From: the human T2T-CHM13v2.0 reference genome, Homo sapiens
Assembly: GCF_009914755.1 (NCBI RefSeq)
Contig: NC_060947.1
DNA length: 64,000 bases
Direction: 5' to 3' (one strand)
Position numbers and translations under genes: made by a program
Part shown: piece by piece, positions 35,681 through 57,993 of the stretch
Position numbering within the stretch: the stretch's first letter is position 1
Layout of the letters: each line of letters starts with the position of its first letter
The notes under the pieces: generated by a model
The model's database searches: none
What the model was told of the DNA's origin: nothing
The model's input: the letters and a program-made list of their open reading frames with translations, nothing else

Positions 35681-37710
35681 TAGAAGTCTCTGCAAGGTAG
35701 GGTAAAGGGAAAAGGAAGGTGACATCAGTGAGACAGGATCAGGCAGTGAGCAAAGAAGTGGGAGAAATCAAGGCATGCTCCATCATTATGAGAGAGGCAG
35801 CACTCGCCTGGACTTGACAATTCCACGGATCACTGGGGCCACATCCATGACCTGTGCACATCTATACCATTACTCACAAAATCACAAAAGTAGCAGTTCT
35901 GTGTGCATTCTGTCATTTGTCCAGGAAACAAACAAACAAAACAATGAGGGAGGTTATTTTGTATTCCATTCATTTTGTATTTAAGACCTTTCTAGGGAAC
36001 TAGCTAGTATAGACCCAAAATGAAACCGCCTTTGTGTTTGAACAAGAGTGTCCTAGGTCCATGAAGGAAGAAAACATTAGGGAACGTACGAAGGTTGATG
36101 TGAAAGACACAACTTACCCTGCCTTCCCCGGTCCTAGTTTCATTTGTATTTTATTTAATATCGCTATTAAATAGTTAACAGGTAAAATAACAACTATCCT
36201 TTGTGATCCATGTAGATCCTGTCATCATTTCTCATTCAATCAATATGTTTTAAATCCCTGCTGGACACCAGATCCCAGGCACTGTGTTGACTCAGAGGGC
36301 AACAGACATGTTTCAGGCTGGTTCCCAGTCCTCAAATTTCTCACAAGCTTGCGGAAAAATCATTTCAAAGCTCCTTAATTAGAGCTAAAACAGAATTAAA
36401 GTCAAGGAAGCCTGGAAAAACAGAGGGTGGTACCTCAATCCCAATATAAAGGAAGGGCCAGCACATGGTCAGGAAAGCTTTCTTGGGAGAGGTGAGGTTC
36501 TGAGTAGGTAGTGTTATTATCCTTCTTTACATCTGAGAAATATTAAGGTCAAAGATATTAACTTGCCTAAGGCTGCATAGCTACTGAGAGAGCAGGATTT
36601 AAATTTTAGTTCATGTGCATTTCAAAACATCATTTCTTTTCTCATGGACTACTACCAAAATCACTTCCCCTGGCTCTGCTTCCCTTAAGTATTCTGAAGG
36701 TTTCTCAGGTACGTTGCAGTCCCTCTCCTGATAGCTGGGTTTTACCCAGCTGTGATTACCATCAAGCTCTTAGAAGGTCTTTAACATTCCCAACCCCAGG
36801 TAACAGCTGTTTCTGCAGAGCTCCTCTCTTAGGACTGTACCCCAATTAAAACACAGTTAGAAATGTCACCTTCCATGGCTTTCTCACTAAGTAAAGCACC
36901 CAACTTCCCTGAGGATAATTCTACTGTTCCTGTAAATTTTCCATCTGCCTGCCCCTTCCTACCTCTGAAAAAAAAGGCAGAAATATGTATCCTAGACTTG
37001 TTGGTTTCAGGGTAGATCCTCTAAGCTTTTATGCTAGGGATTCTGGAAATGTACATGGAAGCTCCATTCTCTTGAGTGCCTGGATCTTCCAGGTAGAAAA
37101 AAACTAGAAAGGAGGAAGACCATACCAAAAGGAATGACATGCACTGTCTATGTCAGCAACTCTTAACATAAGGGAAACATGCCATAGTAAACACAAGATG
37201 ATTACATCTGGACTCAGACAGACCAGGGTGTGGATCCCAGCTCCACCACTTCCTGGCTTGCTCACTGTAACCCATCTCAGCCTGTTAATCTGTTAAAAGG
37301 GGATTTTGATACTTTTCATGTTTTTTGGTACAAAAATATTAAGTGCACAAAGAAAGCAGACCATCCATAAATCACCATCATGGCCTAGTATGATGACAGC
37401 ATAGAATGTCTTCTTTTCTGTATCACTTCATTGCATTTTATCTTGCAGGGGAAATGAAAGCTTCAAATCATGAAGTAACATTTGGAGGTGACACAACTAT
37501 TATTTGCTGGGAGTGAGAGAGGTACTCACATGTTCTTTTCACATTTTGTTCAGAAGAAAAACATGATGGAAAGTACCTTTCTCTGGAGTCAGTGAATCTT
37601 AGCTACTGAATACCTTATCCAAAAGGTCAATGCTGAATGTCATCAACGAAGGCCATAACAAACAACAGCTGTGGATAAGAAGAATCCTTCTGACAAGATA
37701 TGGTGATGTT

Positions 37711-39002
37711 CACTGGCCATCAGAGAAATGCAAATCAAAACCACAATGAGATACCATCTCACACCAGTTATAATGGCGATCATTAAAAAGTCAGGAAACA
37801 ACAGGTGCTAGAGAGGATGTGGAGAAATAGGAACACTTTTACACTGTTGGTGGGACTGTAAACTAGTTCAACCATTGTGGAAGACAGTGTGGTGATTCCT
37901 CAAGGATCTAGAAATAGAAATACCATTTGACCCAGCGATTCCATTACTGGGTATATACCCAAAGGATTATAAATCATGCTGCTATAAAGACACATGCATA
38001 CGTATGTTTATTGCGGCACTATTCACAATAGCAAAGACTTGGAACCAACCCAAATGTCCATCAGTGATAGACTGGATTAAGAAAATGTGGCACATATACA
38101 CCATGGAATACTATGCAGCCATAAAAAAGGATGAGTTCATGTTCTTTGTAGGGACATGGATGAAGCTGGAACCATCATTCTGAGTAAACTATCACAAGGA
38201 CAGTAAACCAAACACCGCATGTTCTCACTCATAGGTGGGAATTGAACAATGAGAACATTTGGACACAGGGTGGGGAAGATCACACACCGGGGCCTGTCAT
38301 GGGGTGGGGGGAGGAGGGGGGGGAGGGATAGCATTAGGAGAAATACCTAATGTAAATGATGAGTTAATGGGTGCAGCCCACCAACATGACACATGTATAC
38401 ATATGTAACAAAACTGCACATTGTGCACATGTACCCTAGAACTTAAAGTATAATAAAAAAAATAGATGAATGGATAAAGAAAATGTGGTACCTATACACA
38501 ATGGAGTACTATTTGGCTATAAAAAAGCATGAGATCCTGTCATTTGTAACTGCATGGATGGGACTGGAGGTCATTATGTTAAGTGAAATAAGCCAGGCAC
38601 AGAAAGACAAACATCACATATTCTCACTTACGTGTGGGACCTAAAAATAAAAATAACTGAACTCATGGAGTTAGAGAATACAAGAATGGTTACCAGAGGG
38701 TGAGAAGGGTAGTGAGGTGTGGTGGGGAGGTGGGTATGGTTAATGGGCACAAAAAATATAGTTAGAAAGAATGAATAAGATCTAATATTTGATAGAACAA
38801 CATAGGGACTATAATCAAAACAATTTAATTGTACATTTAAAAATAACTAAAAGAGTATTATTGGATTGTTTGAAACATAAAGGATAAATGCTTGAGGGAT
38901 TGCATGCCTGTATCAAAACATCTCATGTAGCACATAAATATATACACCTACTATGTACCCACAAAAATTTAAAAAAATAAAAAATTTTAAAAAGAAAAAA
39001 AA
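37711..39002 (+). mobile_element. 5'-truncated L1PA5/6-like element followed by an L1MA 3' end, both inside one TSD
   Basis: L1PA 37711-38462 with A-tail; L1MA 38463-39002. 16-bp TSD AAGATA(TG/CA)GTGATGTT at 37695-37710 and 39003-39018. Confidence 0.92.
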
Positions 39003-41903
39003 AAGATACAGTGATGTTGTGGGCATGCAGGCTATGGAGACAGGAAGCCTTGAACTCAAATACAAACTCCACTCTGAGTCCTCATTTTCTCTTCTATAAA
39101 ATGGACTTATTAACTGCCTCCCTCTCTAAGAGTTAATGGGATAACAGTTAAATAGGACACAGGGCATAACACAGAGCCTCTCACAGGGACTGTACTCAAC
39201 AAATGTTAGATGTCTTAACCTCATCCCTTTCTTTCTGACTCCAGGAAAAGTTAAATGTCAACATCTTTAAGTAGACGTTACGTTTCCACAAGGAAGAATC
39301 TTTTCTCTCTCTCTCTTTGGTTGGATTTTGATGGATGGCTGTTAATAGTTGGAGCAGCCATTTTTTAATGCATATCAAAACACCCCGAAGTTTTGTACTT
39401 TAAGCAACAATGAATTATTTTGTTCACCATTGTTCAAGTCAATTCCAGCTTAGGAGGAGGCAGCGCACGATGATCAAATGATGCCTCAACCAGTTGTCCT
39501 CCAAATAGGAACAGCAAATTGACCAACTATCCACACAAATGGGCACCTTTATGAGAGCCAAAAATCAGGTGAGTGATCACAGGACCTGGTTTTAACTTCA
39601 TATCACCAAAAGGGGCAACGAGGTGGGTAGGAAGACAATCTTGAATTGCCGATGCCACCCCCTCCCACACCCTGGCAGCAGCCACCTGATGCGGAGAGAG
39701 AATCTGTGCATGTGGGGGAGGGAGAGCACAGTGATTGTGAGACTTTGCATTGGAACTCCATGCTGTCCTGTCACAGTGCAACACACACCATGAAGAACTC
39801 AGCTGACACCCAGGGAGGGAACATTTAGACCAGTCCTAGCTAGAGGGGTATCACCCATCCCAGTGGTCAGAACCCGAGTTCTGGCATGCCCTGCCACTAT
39901 GGGCTAAAGGGCTCTGTGGTGCTAAATAAACCTGAAAGGCAGGCTAGACCACCAGGACTGCAATTCCTGGACAAGTCCTTGTGCTAGGCTGGACTAGTAG
40001 ACTTGGGGGGCACACAGCCTACTGAGATACCAGCTGCGGCTGCCAATAGAGTACATGTCCCACCATCTCCCCAGCCTCAGGCAGTACAGCTCACAGCACT
40101 AGGAGAGTCTCCTTCCGTCCTCTTAAGGAGAAGAGAGGAAAAAGTAAAGAGAATCTTGTCTTGCAACTTGGTTACCAAGTCAGCCACAGTAGAAGAAGGC
40201 ACCAGGGAGAGTCCTGAGGCCTTAGCTCTGGGACGACATTTATAGACACACCCCGGGCTAGAAGGAACCAGTCCTGGCAGGAGTCATCACCTGCTGAAGA
40301 GCCCTCAGGCCCTAAATCAGCAGCAGCAGCACCCAGGAAGTACTTAGCCTTGGGTGACATTCAGGGACATGCTAGCTTCAGGTGTGACCCAGCACATTCC
40401 TATCTGTTGTGGCTAGGGAGAGAGACTCCTTCCGTTTGAGAAAGTAGAGTGAAGTTTGAAGAAGATTTTGGCTTACACCTTAGGTACCAGCTCAGCCACA
40501 GTGGGGTAGAGTACCAAGTGAGCTCTTGGGATCGCCACTTCCAGGCTTGGCTCTTGGATGGCATTTCTGGACCTGCCCTGGGCCAGAGGGCAGTCCACTG
40601 CCCTGAAGGGAGAGTCCCAGGCCTGGCAGCATTTACTTCAAGCTGACTGAAGAGCTCTTGGGCCTTGAATGAATATTGGCAGTAGCTAAGCAGTACTCGC
40701 TGTGGGCCTGGGACAGTGGTGGCCACAGGAAGAGACTCAACTGCATGTAGAAAGGGGAGGGAAGAGTGGGAAGGACTATGACTTGTGCCATGCATGCCAC
40801 TTCAGCCACAGTAGGATAGAGCACCAGGTAGATTCTTAAGGTGTCCAACTCTAGTCCCTGGCTCCCAGATGGCACTTCTGGACTGGCCCAGGCACTGAGG
40901 GAACTTGCCACACTGAAGAAAAAGATACAAGCCAGGCTTGCTCCACCACCTACTGACTGTAGAGCCATAGGGCCTTAACTGAACATAGGAGGCAACAGGT
41001 AAAGATTAACGTGAGCCTTGGGCAAGACCCGTTGCTGTGCTGCCTTCAGGTCTGACCCACCTCAGTCCCAATTGTGGTGGCCACAGGGGTGCAGCTCAGC
41101 ATAGAGAGAGAGACTTTGTTTGGGGGAAAGTAGAGAGAGAGAGAGCGAGCAAGAGTCTCTGCCTGGTATTCCAGAGTATTTTTCTGGGTCTTATCCAAGA
41201 CAACCAAGGAGGGAACGCTATGACTCTGAAAAAGCAGTGCTCCCAAGTTTGTGGTGTCCCTAATGAAAATATGGCTGCAATGACCCAAACTTAGATTACA
41301 ACACCCGAGTCCCTTAGAATGCCTGGGAAGGCTTCCCAAAAGAAGGATGGGTACAAAGAAGCCCAGACTATGAACACTACAGTAAATACCTAACTCCTCA
41401 AGGCCCAGACACTGATGAACATCCACAAGCATAAAACTATCCAAGAAAAGAGGATCTAACCAAGGGAACTAAGCCACCAGAAACAAATCCTGGAGAGATG
41501 TGGGAGCTTTCAGAGAATTCAAAATAGCTGTTTTGAGGAAACTCAAAGAAATTCAAGATAACACAGAGAAGGTTCTCAGAATCCTATCAGATAAATTTAA
41601 CAAAGAGATGGAAATAATTTTTAAAAATCAAGCAAAAATTCTGAAGTTGAAATAGGCCATAAACTTGAAAGGCAGTCTAGGCCACAAGGACTGCAATTCC
41701 TGGACAAGTCCTTGTACTGTGTTGGACCAGCAGACTTGGATGGAACACAACCTACTGAGATACCAGCCGGGGCTGCCAATGGAGTGTGTGTCCCACATTG
41801 AAACATATGGAAGAATGCATCAGAGCCTCTTAACAGCAGAACTGATTAAGCAGAAGAAATAACTCATGATCTTAAAAACAGGCTATTTGAAAATACACAG
41901 TAA

Positions 41904-42258
<355 letters not shown>

Positions 42259-44096
42259 CTAGAAAGCCTCAGAAGGGCAAATTTAAGAGAGTTATTTGCC
42301 TTAAAGAGGAGGTAGACAGAGAGATACGGGTAGAAAGATTATTCAAAGAGATAATATAAGAGAACTTCCTAAACTAGAGAAAGATACCAATATTCAAGTA
42401 CGAGAACGTTGTAGAACACCAAACAGATTCAACCAAAATAAGACTACCTAAAGACATTTAATAATCAAACTCCCAAAGATCAAGGATAAAGAAAGAATAC
42501 TAAAAACACTAAGAAAAAAGAAGCAAATAACATAAAATGGAGCTCCAATAGGTCTGGCAGCAGACTATTCAGTGGAAACCTTACAGGCCAAGACAGCATG
42601 ATATAAAGTGCTAAAGGAAAAAAATTTAACCTAGAATAGTATGTCCAGTGAAAATATCCTTCAACATGAAAGAGAAATAAAGACTTTCCCAGACTAACAA
42701 AAGCTGAGGGATTTTATCAACACTATACGTGTCCTACAGGAAATGCTAGACAGAGTTCTTCAATCTGAAAGAAAAGGAAGTTAATGAGCAAAAAGAAATC
42801 ATCTGAAAGTACAAAACTCACTGTTAATAGTAAGTTCACATAAAAACACAGAATCTTATAGCACTGTAATTGTGGCATGTCAACTACTCTTATCTTGAGT
42901 AAAATGACTAAAAGATGAACATCAAAAATAACCACAACAACTTTTCAAGACATACACAGTACAATATGATATAAATAGAAACAACGAAAAGTTAAAAAGC
43001 AAGGGGATGAAGTTAAAGTGTAGAGTTGTATTAGTTTTCTCTTTTTTAGTTAGTTTATGCAATGAGTGTTAAGTTGTCATCAGTTTAAAATGATGGGTTA
43101 TATTATTTGCAAGCCTCATGGTAACCTGAAATCAGAATGCATACCACAGATCCAGAAAACATGAAAAGCAAAAAATTAAACCATATCACTAAAGAAAATC
43201 ACCTTCATTAAAAGAAAGATAGGTAGGAAGGAAGGAAAGGAGGAAGAGAAGACCACGAAACAATCAGAAAACAATAAAATGGTGGAAGAAAGTCCTTACA
43301 AATCAATAATAACACTGAATATAAATGGACTAAACTCTCCAATAGAAAGACATAGAGAGGCTGAATGGATTTTAAAAAACTATACCCAGTGACCACTTGC
43401 CTATATGAAACATACTTTACCTATAAATATACACATAAACAGCAGTTAATGGAATGGAAAAAGATATTCCATGCCAATGGATACCAAAAAAACAAGCAAG
43501 AGTAGCTATACTTATATCAGAGAAAATAGTTTCAATATAGAAACTATAAAAAAGACAAAGAAGACAATTGTATAATAATCATAAGTTGCTCAATTCAGCA
43601 AGAGGGAATAAAAATTGTAAATATATATGCACCTAGCACTGGAGCACCCAGATATATAAAGTTAATATTATTAGAGCTAAAGAGAGAGAGATACCCCATC
43701 ATGATAATAGGTAGATACTTCAACATCCCACTTTGAGCATTGAACAGACCATCTAGACCGAAAACCAAAGAAACATCAGCATTAATCTGCACTACAGACC
43801 TAATAAATGTACCTAATAGATATTTACAGAACATTTCAAACAATGGCTACAGAATACACATTCTTCTCCTCAGTGAATGGATCATTCTCAAGGATAAACC
43901 ATATGCTAGGTCACAAAACAAGACTTAAAAATTGAAAAAAAAAATGAAATGATATCAAGTATCTTCTCTGACCATAATGGAATAAAACTAGAAACAAATA
44001 ACAGAAGGAATTTTGAAAACTATACAGACATTTGGACATTAAGCAATATGTTCCTGAATGACCAGTGGGTCAATGAAAAAATTAAGAAGAAAATTG

Positions 44097-44436
<340 letters not shown>

Positions 44437-45942
44437 CTATGGGATACAGGAAAATAAATATTAAGATGAAAGTTTATAGTTAAAAGTGCCTACTTAAGAT
44501 AAAACAACTTCAAATAAACAACCTAACAATGCACCTTAAAGAGCTAGAGCAGCAAGAACCAATCAAATCCAAAGTTACTAGAAGAAAAGAAATAATAAAG
44601 ACCAGAGCAGAAATAAATGAATTGAAATGAAGAAAAGAATACAAAAGATCAATGAAGCAAAAAGTTGCCTCTTTGAGAAGATAAAATTAACACAAATTTA
44701 TTCAAAGTAACTAATAAAAAAGAGAGAAGACTTAAATCAATAAAATCAGAGATGAAAAATGAAATATTACAACTGATACCATGGAAATTCAAAGGATCAT
44801 TGAAGAGAAAAGACATTCTCTTCAATAAATGGTACTGGGAAAACTGGATATCCATATGCAGAAGAATGAAACTAGACCTCTATCTCTCACCATATACAAA
44901 AATCAAATCAAAATAAAGTCCTAAATCTAAGAACTCAAACTATGAAACTACTACAAGAGAACATTGGGAAACTCTCCAGGACATCAGTCTGGGCAAACAT
45001 TTCTTGAGTAATAACCCACAAGCACAGGCAACCAAAGCCAAAATGGACACATGGGATCACATCAAGTTAAAATTATTCTGCACAGCAAAAGAAACTACAA
45101 AAAAATTAAGGAGACAATCCACAGAATGGGAGAAAATATTTTCAAACTATCCATATGACAACAGATTAATAACCAGAATATATTAAGAGCTCAAACAACA
45201 CAATAACAAACCTCATACACTGTTGCTGGGAATTTAAAGTCATACAACCATTATGGAGAACAGTTTGGAGATTCCTCAAAAGACTAAAGACAGAGTTACC
45301 ATATGTTCTAGCAATACCACTGCTAGGTATCCAAAGGAAGCAAATCAGTATATGGAAGAGATATCTGCACCTGCATGTTTATTGCAGCACTATTAACGAT
45401 AGCCAAGATTTAGAAGCAATCTAAGTGTCCATCAACAGGTGAATGGATACAGAAAATGTGGTGCATATACACAGTGGAGTACTATTCAGCCATTAAAAAA
45501 TGAGATCCTATGATTTACAACAACATGGATGAAAATGGAGATCATTCTATGAAGCGAAATAAGCCAGGCACAGAAAGACAAACTTGGCATGTTTTCACTT
45601 ATCTGTGAGAGCTAAAAATTAAAACAATCAAACTCATGGAGATAGGAAGTAGAATGATGGTTACCAGAGACTGAGATGGGTAGTTGGTAGGGGTGAAGTT
45701 GTGGGGGTGGTTAATGGGCACAAAAACATACTTAGAATGAATAAGATCTACTATTTTATACCAAAATAGAATGACTAAAGTCAACAATTTATTGTACATT
45801 TAAAAATAACTAAAAGAGTATAATTGGATTGTTTGTAACACAAAGAATGGATAAATGCTTGAGGTGAAGGACGCCCCATTTACCCTGATATGATTACTAT
45901 GAGCTGTATATACCATGTACTCTATAAATATAAAAACCACAA

Positions 45943-46258
45943 TTTTTTTTCTTTCTTTTTTTTTTTTTAAGACAGAGTCTCATCTGTCGCCCAGGCTGGA
46001 GTGCAGTTGTATGATCTCGGCACACTGCAACCCTCTGCCTCCTGGGTTCAACAATTCTCTTGCCTCAGCCTCCCAAGTAGCTGGGACTACAGGTGTGTGC
46101 CACCACACCCAACTAATTTTTGTATTTTTTAGTACAGACAGGGTTTCGCCACGTTGGCTAGACTGGTCTCAAGCTCCTGAACTCCTGACCTCAGGTGATC
46201 CACCCACCTAGGCTTCCCAAAGTGCTGGGATTACAGGCATGGCCCACCACACCTGGCC
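45943..46258 (-). mobile_element. AluS (Sx-like)
   Basis: Poly-T followed by antisense Alu dimer. Confidence 0.95.
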
Positions 46259-46479
46259 CCTAACAAAAATTTAAAATTAAAAAAAATTCCAGCTGGGCTC
46301 ATCTCAGTTGTTCTGCTGTTCTTGGCTAAGCTTACTTACGCATCTAAGGATAGTTCCCTCTTATGACCTATTTAGTTCTTCTGGGGCCCTAATAGTCTAG
46401 GATGGCCTCACCCATATGTTGCACAATGGGATCACTGTCACTTGGGGTGAAGGGGATGAATGGCCCATGGATCTTAGAT

Positions 46480-47021
46480 GTGACACAAAAGTACAATCTG
46501 CAACACAATGCCCAACATAAAAAATTGTTAAATTTGATTTCAACGATGTTAAAAATTGTTCCTCAAAAACAGTAATAGAAGGAAAAGTCACAGACTGCAA
46601 AAAAATCTTTTCAAAGCATATATCTGATAAAGAACTTATATCTATAATATATAAAGAGTTATCAAAACTCAACAATAATAAACAACCAAATTAAAAATGG
46701 GCAAAGGATTTGAAAACATGTCAAGTAAGCACAGGAAAATATGCTCAATATCATTTGGGAAAATGCAAATTAAAACCCAAATAAGAAACCACTACATACC
46801 TATTACAAGGTCTACAATTTTAAAAAGCTGACCATACCAAGTTTTATGAGAATGTGGAGGAACTGGAACTCTCATACACTGCCAGTTGAAATGTAAAATT
46901 GTACAACCACTTTGCAAAACAGTGTTTTAGTTACTTAAAAAGCTAAACATATACCTATCATATGGTCCAGCCATTCTACTACTATGTATTTACCAAAGAA
47001 TAAAAAATATATATGTCCATG
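46480..47021 (+). mobile_element. Old L1M 3' ORF2 fragment (continues at 53051-53550)
   Basis: Degenerate L1 motifs; resumes after the MST LTR. Confidence 0.8.
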
Positions 47022-47140
47022 TGCTATGGTTTGGATAAGGTTTGTATGTCCCCACCAAGACTCATGTTGCAATTTGATCCTCAGTGTGGCAGTGTTGAGA
47101 GGTAGGGACTGGTGGGAGGTGTTTGGGTTGTGGGGACAGA

Positions 47141-52983
<5,843 letters not shown>

Positions 52984-53050
52984 CCTCTTTTCTTTATAAA
53001 TTACTCAGTCTCAGGTATTCTTTCATAGCAACATGAAACAGATTAAGACA

Positions 53051-53550
53051 CCAAGTAAAAAGTTTCACCTGAAAGTCTATTGAAGCTTTATTTGTGATAC
53101 CCCTAAACTGGAAATAACATAACTGCCCATTAACTGATGAATGGTTAGTTGTGGCATAGTCATACGATGGAATATTAGTAATAAGAAGGAAGGAGGTATT
53201 GACACATGCGATATGGATAAATCTCAGAATAATTATCTGAGTGAAAGAAGCAAGAAATAAATACATAGTGTATCTGATTCCATTTCCATAAAACTCTAGG
53301 AAGTGCAAATTAATAAGAAAATAACAGAAGTCAGTTCAATGGTTGCATGGGTTTAAGGAGTGGTGGGCAGAGTGTTAAGTATGAATTACAAAGGGTCAAA
53401 AGAAAAACTTTTAGGGGTAATGAATACATTAATTGTCTTGAATATAGGGATGGTTTTACAAATCTATACATATGTCAAAACTTCAAATTGTACAATTTTA
53501 ACACACAAGACTTATTATATGACAATTATATCACAAAAAAACTGTTAAAA
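53051..53550 (+). mobile_element. Old L1M 3' end
   Basis: ATGGATAAATCTCAGAATAATTAT...GATTCCATTTCCATAAAACTCTAG. Confidence 0.8.
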
Positions 53551-54120
53551 ATGGCCATGAGGGAAAATTTATGGATAACAAAAGCATTCTTGAACTGGAT
53601 TGTTGTGATGTTTATGCAACTGTAAACATTTCCTAATAAGTTATCTCAATTTAGGGTTACAATGGATGATCCTTTTGGTATATTAACTATAATGTAGTAA
53701 AACAATTTAAAAATTACTAGATATTTTCCCTTTCCTTGGTGATTTGGTAGGCAGGATTTTATGCTGTGAACGGGTATGGTGAGAGATAAAAGGTGAGAGG
53801 ATTGGTCTGATGAGAGATTTTGAAAAGGCTGTGTGCAGAATGAGAGAGAGTACTTACTGAAGAAACATGGAAAGCTTTTCAGGCAGCACACATGGCCCAG
53901 GTAAAGCACATATTAAGTACTCCAAAATACCAATTAAAGGAGAAAATAATGCATAAAGTTACTTATACAACTAATATTTATTGAGCACCCACCATGTAAC
54001 AGGCACTCTGTTAGAGACAATGTTTAATTTCAATCACTAATTTTTGCTTCATTCACTTACTATACTACAATGTTCACCTTGTAAGACCCCAATGGCTTTT
54101 GTAGTATTAATTACTGCTAA

Positions 54121-55838
<1,718 letters not shown>

Positions 55839-55839
55839 A

Positions 55840-56818
55840 ATTCTATAAATGCTATGCAAAGTAATTTTTATAACTGCCTTGTAAATGTTGACCACTCAAC
55901 TCATCTTGGTCACTACCAGTTGCCTGTTTACAATTCTGGAAGCACAAAGTTGTGAAAAAGAACAAGGGTTTTGAAATTTGACAGACTGGACATGGGCTTC
56001 AATCCTAATACCTGGAATCTACTGCTATCCAACCGTATAAAATATAAAAACCCTAACTACTTTTCATTGCAGCGGATGAAATTAACATGGAAAGCAACTA
56101 GCATATGGCCTAACAAACAGCAAGCATTCAAAAGTACCAGCTGCTATTATTGTTCAAGAAATGAGCTGAATAACATTAATGTTTTCAGATTTGAGCTTTA
56201 CACTACATTTTTACACATGATCTCAGATGTCTGAATCCTTGTTTTCCGAGTAAAAACACTAAGTCTCAAAGTTAAGTGGCTCATTTTCTTGTGGATTCTA
56301 CTTTCTAATTTCTCACTTCAACTCCCAGCCTATATCCCATTCTAACTCCAGACACAGCAAACTCCTCCAGGTCCTCTGAACTTAGCAACCCTCCTCTCAC
56401 CTCCATATCAACTCTCTCCTCCAAACACACACATGCTGTATAATTTTCTATTTGTTAATCAAGCTTTACTTTCTTTACCATCTTAAGTTTTCTGTATCCC
56501 CTTATTTTCTGTCTTTGTGCACCAGAATGGAATATCAATGAGAGGAGGTTATCCATCTGTTGTACTCACTGATATATCTCCGGAACCTATAAGGCCTATA
56601 GTAAGTGATCAATAAATAGTTGTTGAATTAATTACTGAACCCTTGAAACAGTCTTGCATACATAGTTTGGCACATATGGGACTCCCATTTGAACTCTGGG
56701 AAACATGGAAATTGGACAAGTTAATCTTACTGGGAAGGCTCAGCATCCAGAGAGACCAATACACCCAAAGCTACTAGAGTCAGATCAGGATGGAATTCTA
56801 CCTCACTCTCTCTTACTA
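55840..56818 (+). repeat. Ancient duplicated segment, copy 2
   Basis: Collinear with 29490-30460; identical 30-mer at 56699-56728. Confidence 0.92.
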
Positions 56819-57426
56819 TAATAGTTGTATAACCTTGGGCATGCTTCCTTACTTCTCTGGGTCTCAGTTTCCTTCTCTCATTAATTATCCTCATGAGATA
56901 TTTGAAATTATTCAATACTTTCGTTCATCCCTTCAGCAAACATTTATTGAATGTCTCTTATCTGACAGGCACCATTTCAGGCATTGGGGTAAGTTGGTAA
57001 ATAAGTCACATCTATCAGCTCTCAGTCTAATGGAGGACACAAATAATTGTTTATAGAACAGTGGATGTGCTGCTATGATAGGGGAAATACATGGTTCTGG
57101 TGGCAGGGGTTGTAGGAGTAGTTGCTGCTCTTCGCTTAATCTTTTTTGTTTCCTCATGAATACTGGTGAAGTCTCACCAGTCATCAAGGCCTAAGGCCTG
57201 CCTGCTTCTGGAATCATTCCTCCATATTTGTACTTTCACAAGCTCTGTGATTCTGTGGATCTTACTTTGGCTTGACAAGGCTATAAGTGTCAACTTGAAA
57301 TTTTTCACAGGGCAAAACTTATTCACTGACAAGAGTATTTGATAGTAACAAAATGATGATAAAATAGCTAACACTTATTTTCAAATGGCCTTATGGATTC
57401 TGGTTTTATTCACTGGGTCACAACCT

Positions 57427-57453
57427 ATTATTATTATTATTATTATTATTATT
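57427..57453. repeat. (ATT)n microsatellite
   Basis: Directly visible. Confidence 0.95.
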
Positions 57454-57993
57454 ACTCATTCTAATGTTCAAATGGTCAAATTACAAAAATTACTTTTGTG
57501 CCACATTCTTTGCTAAATGTTTTCAATAACTTATTTTAAACCTCACAACATACCTAAACAAAAATCCTATTTTTATGTGCATTTACATATTGGGTAAATA
57601 GAATTAAGGAAAGTTTGGAGGGTTTCAAAGTCATATTGTCAGTAGAGACAGGTGATTCAGAGTGCAGACTTGCTTGTAAAAATCATTCCACACTAAAACA
57701 AACAGAGGCGCTTTAGAGAAATGTCTGACTCAAAGGCTGGAACAGGGAAAGTACAAACAGCCAGGAACATCTTGTTGCACTAGAAAGTAAAGAAAGTGTT
57801 CCAGCTAAGATAAAGATAGGACAATAACATGCAGGAAGTTTCAAGGAGCTTCAACTAGCCCAATCTGGGCCAATTTGAATATCAAAATAAATTTTGATGA
57901 TAATCTGTTATTACCCAGTGATTAAATATATACCCATGAGCCCATAATGATGTAAGTAAATACATAAATAAGCTAATAAATGAGGAAGATGTG

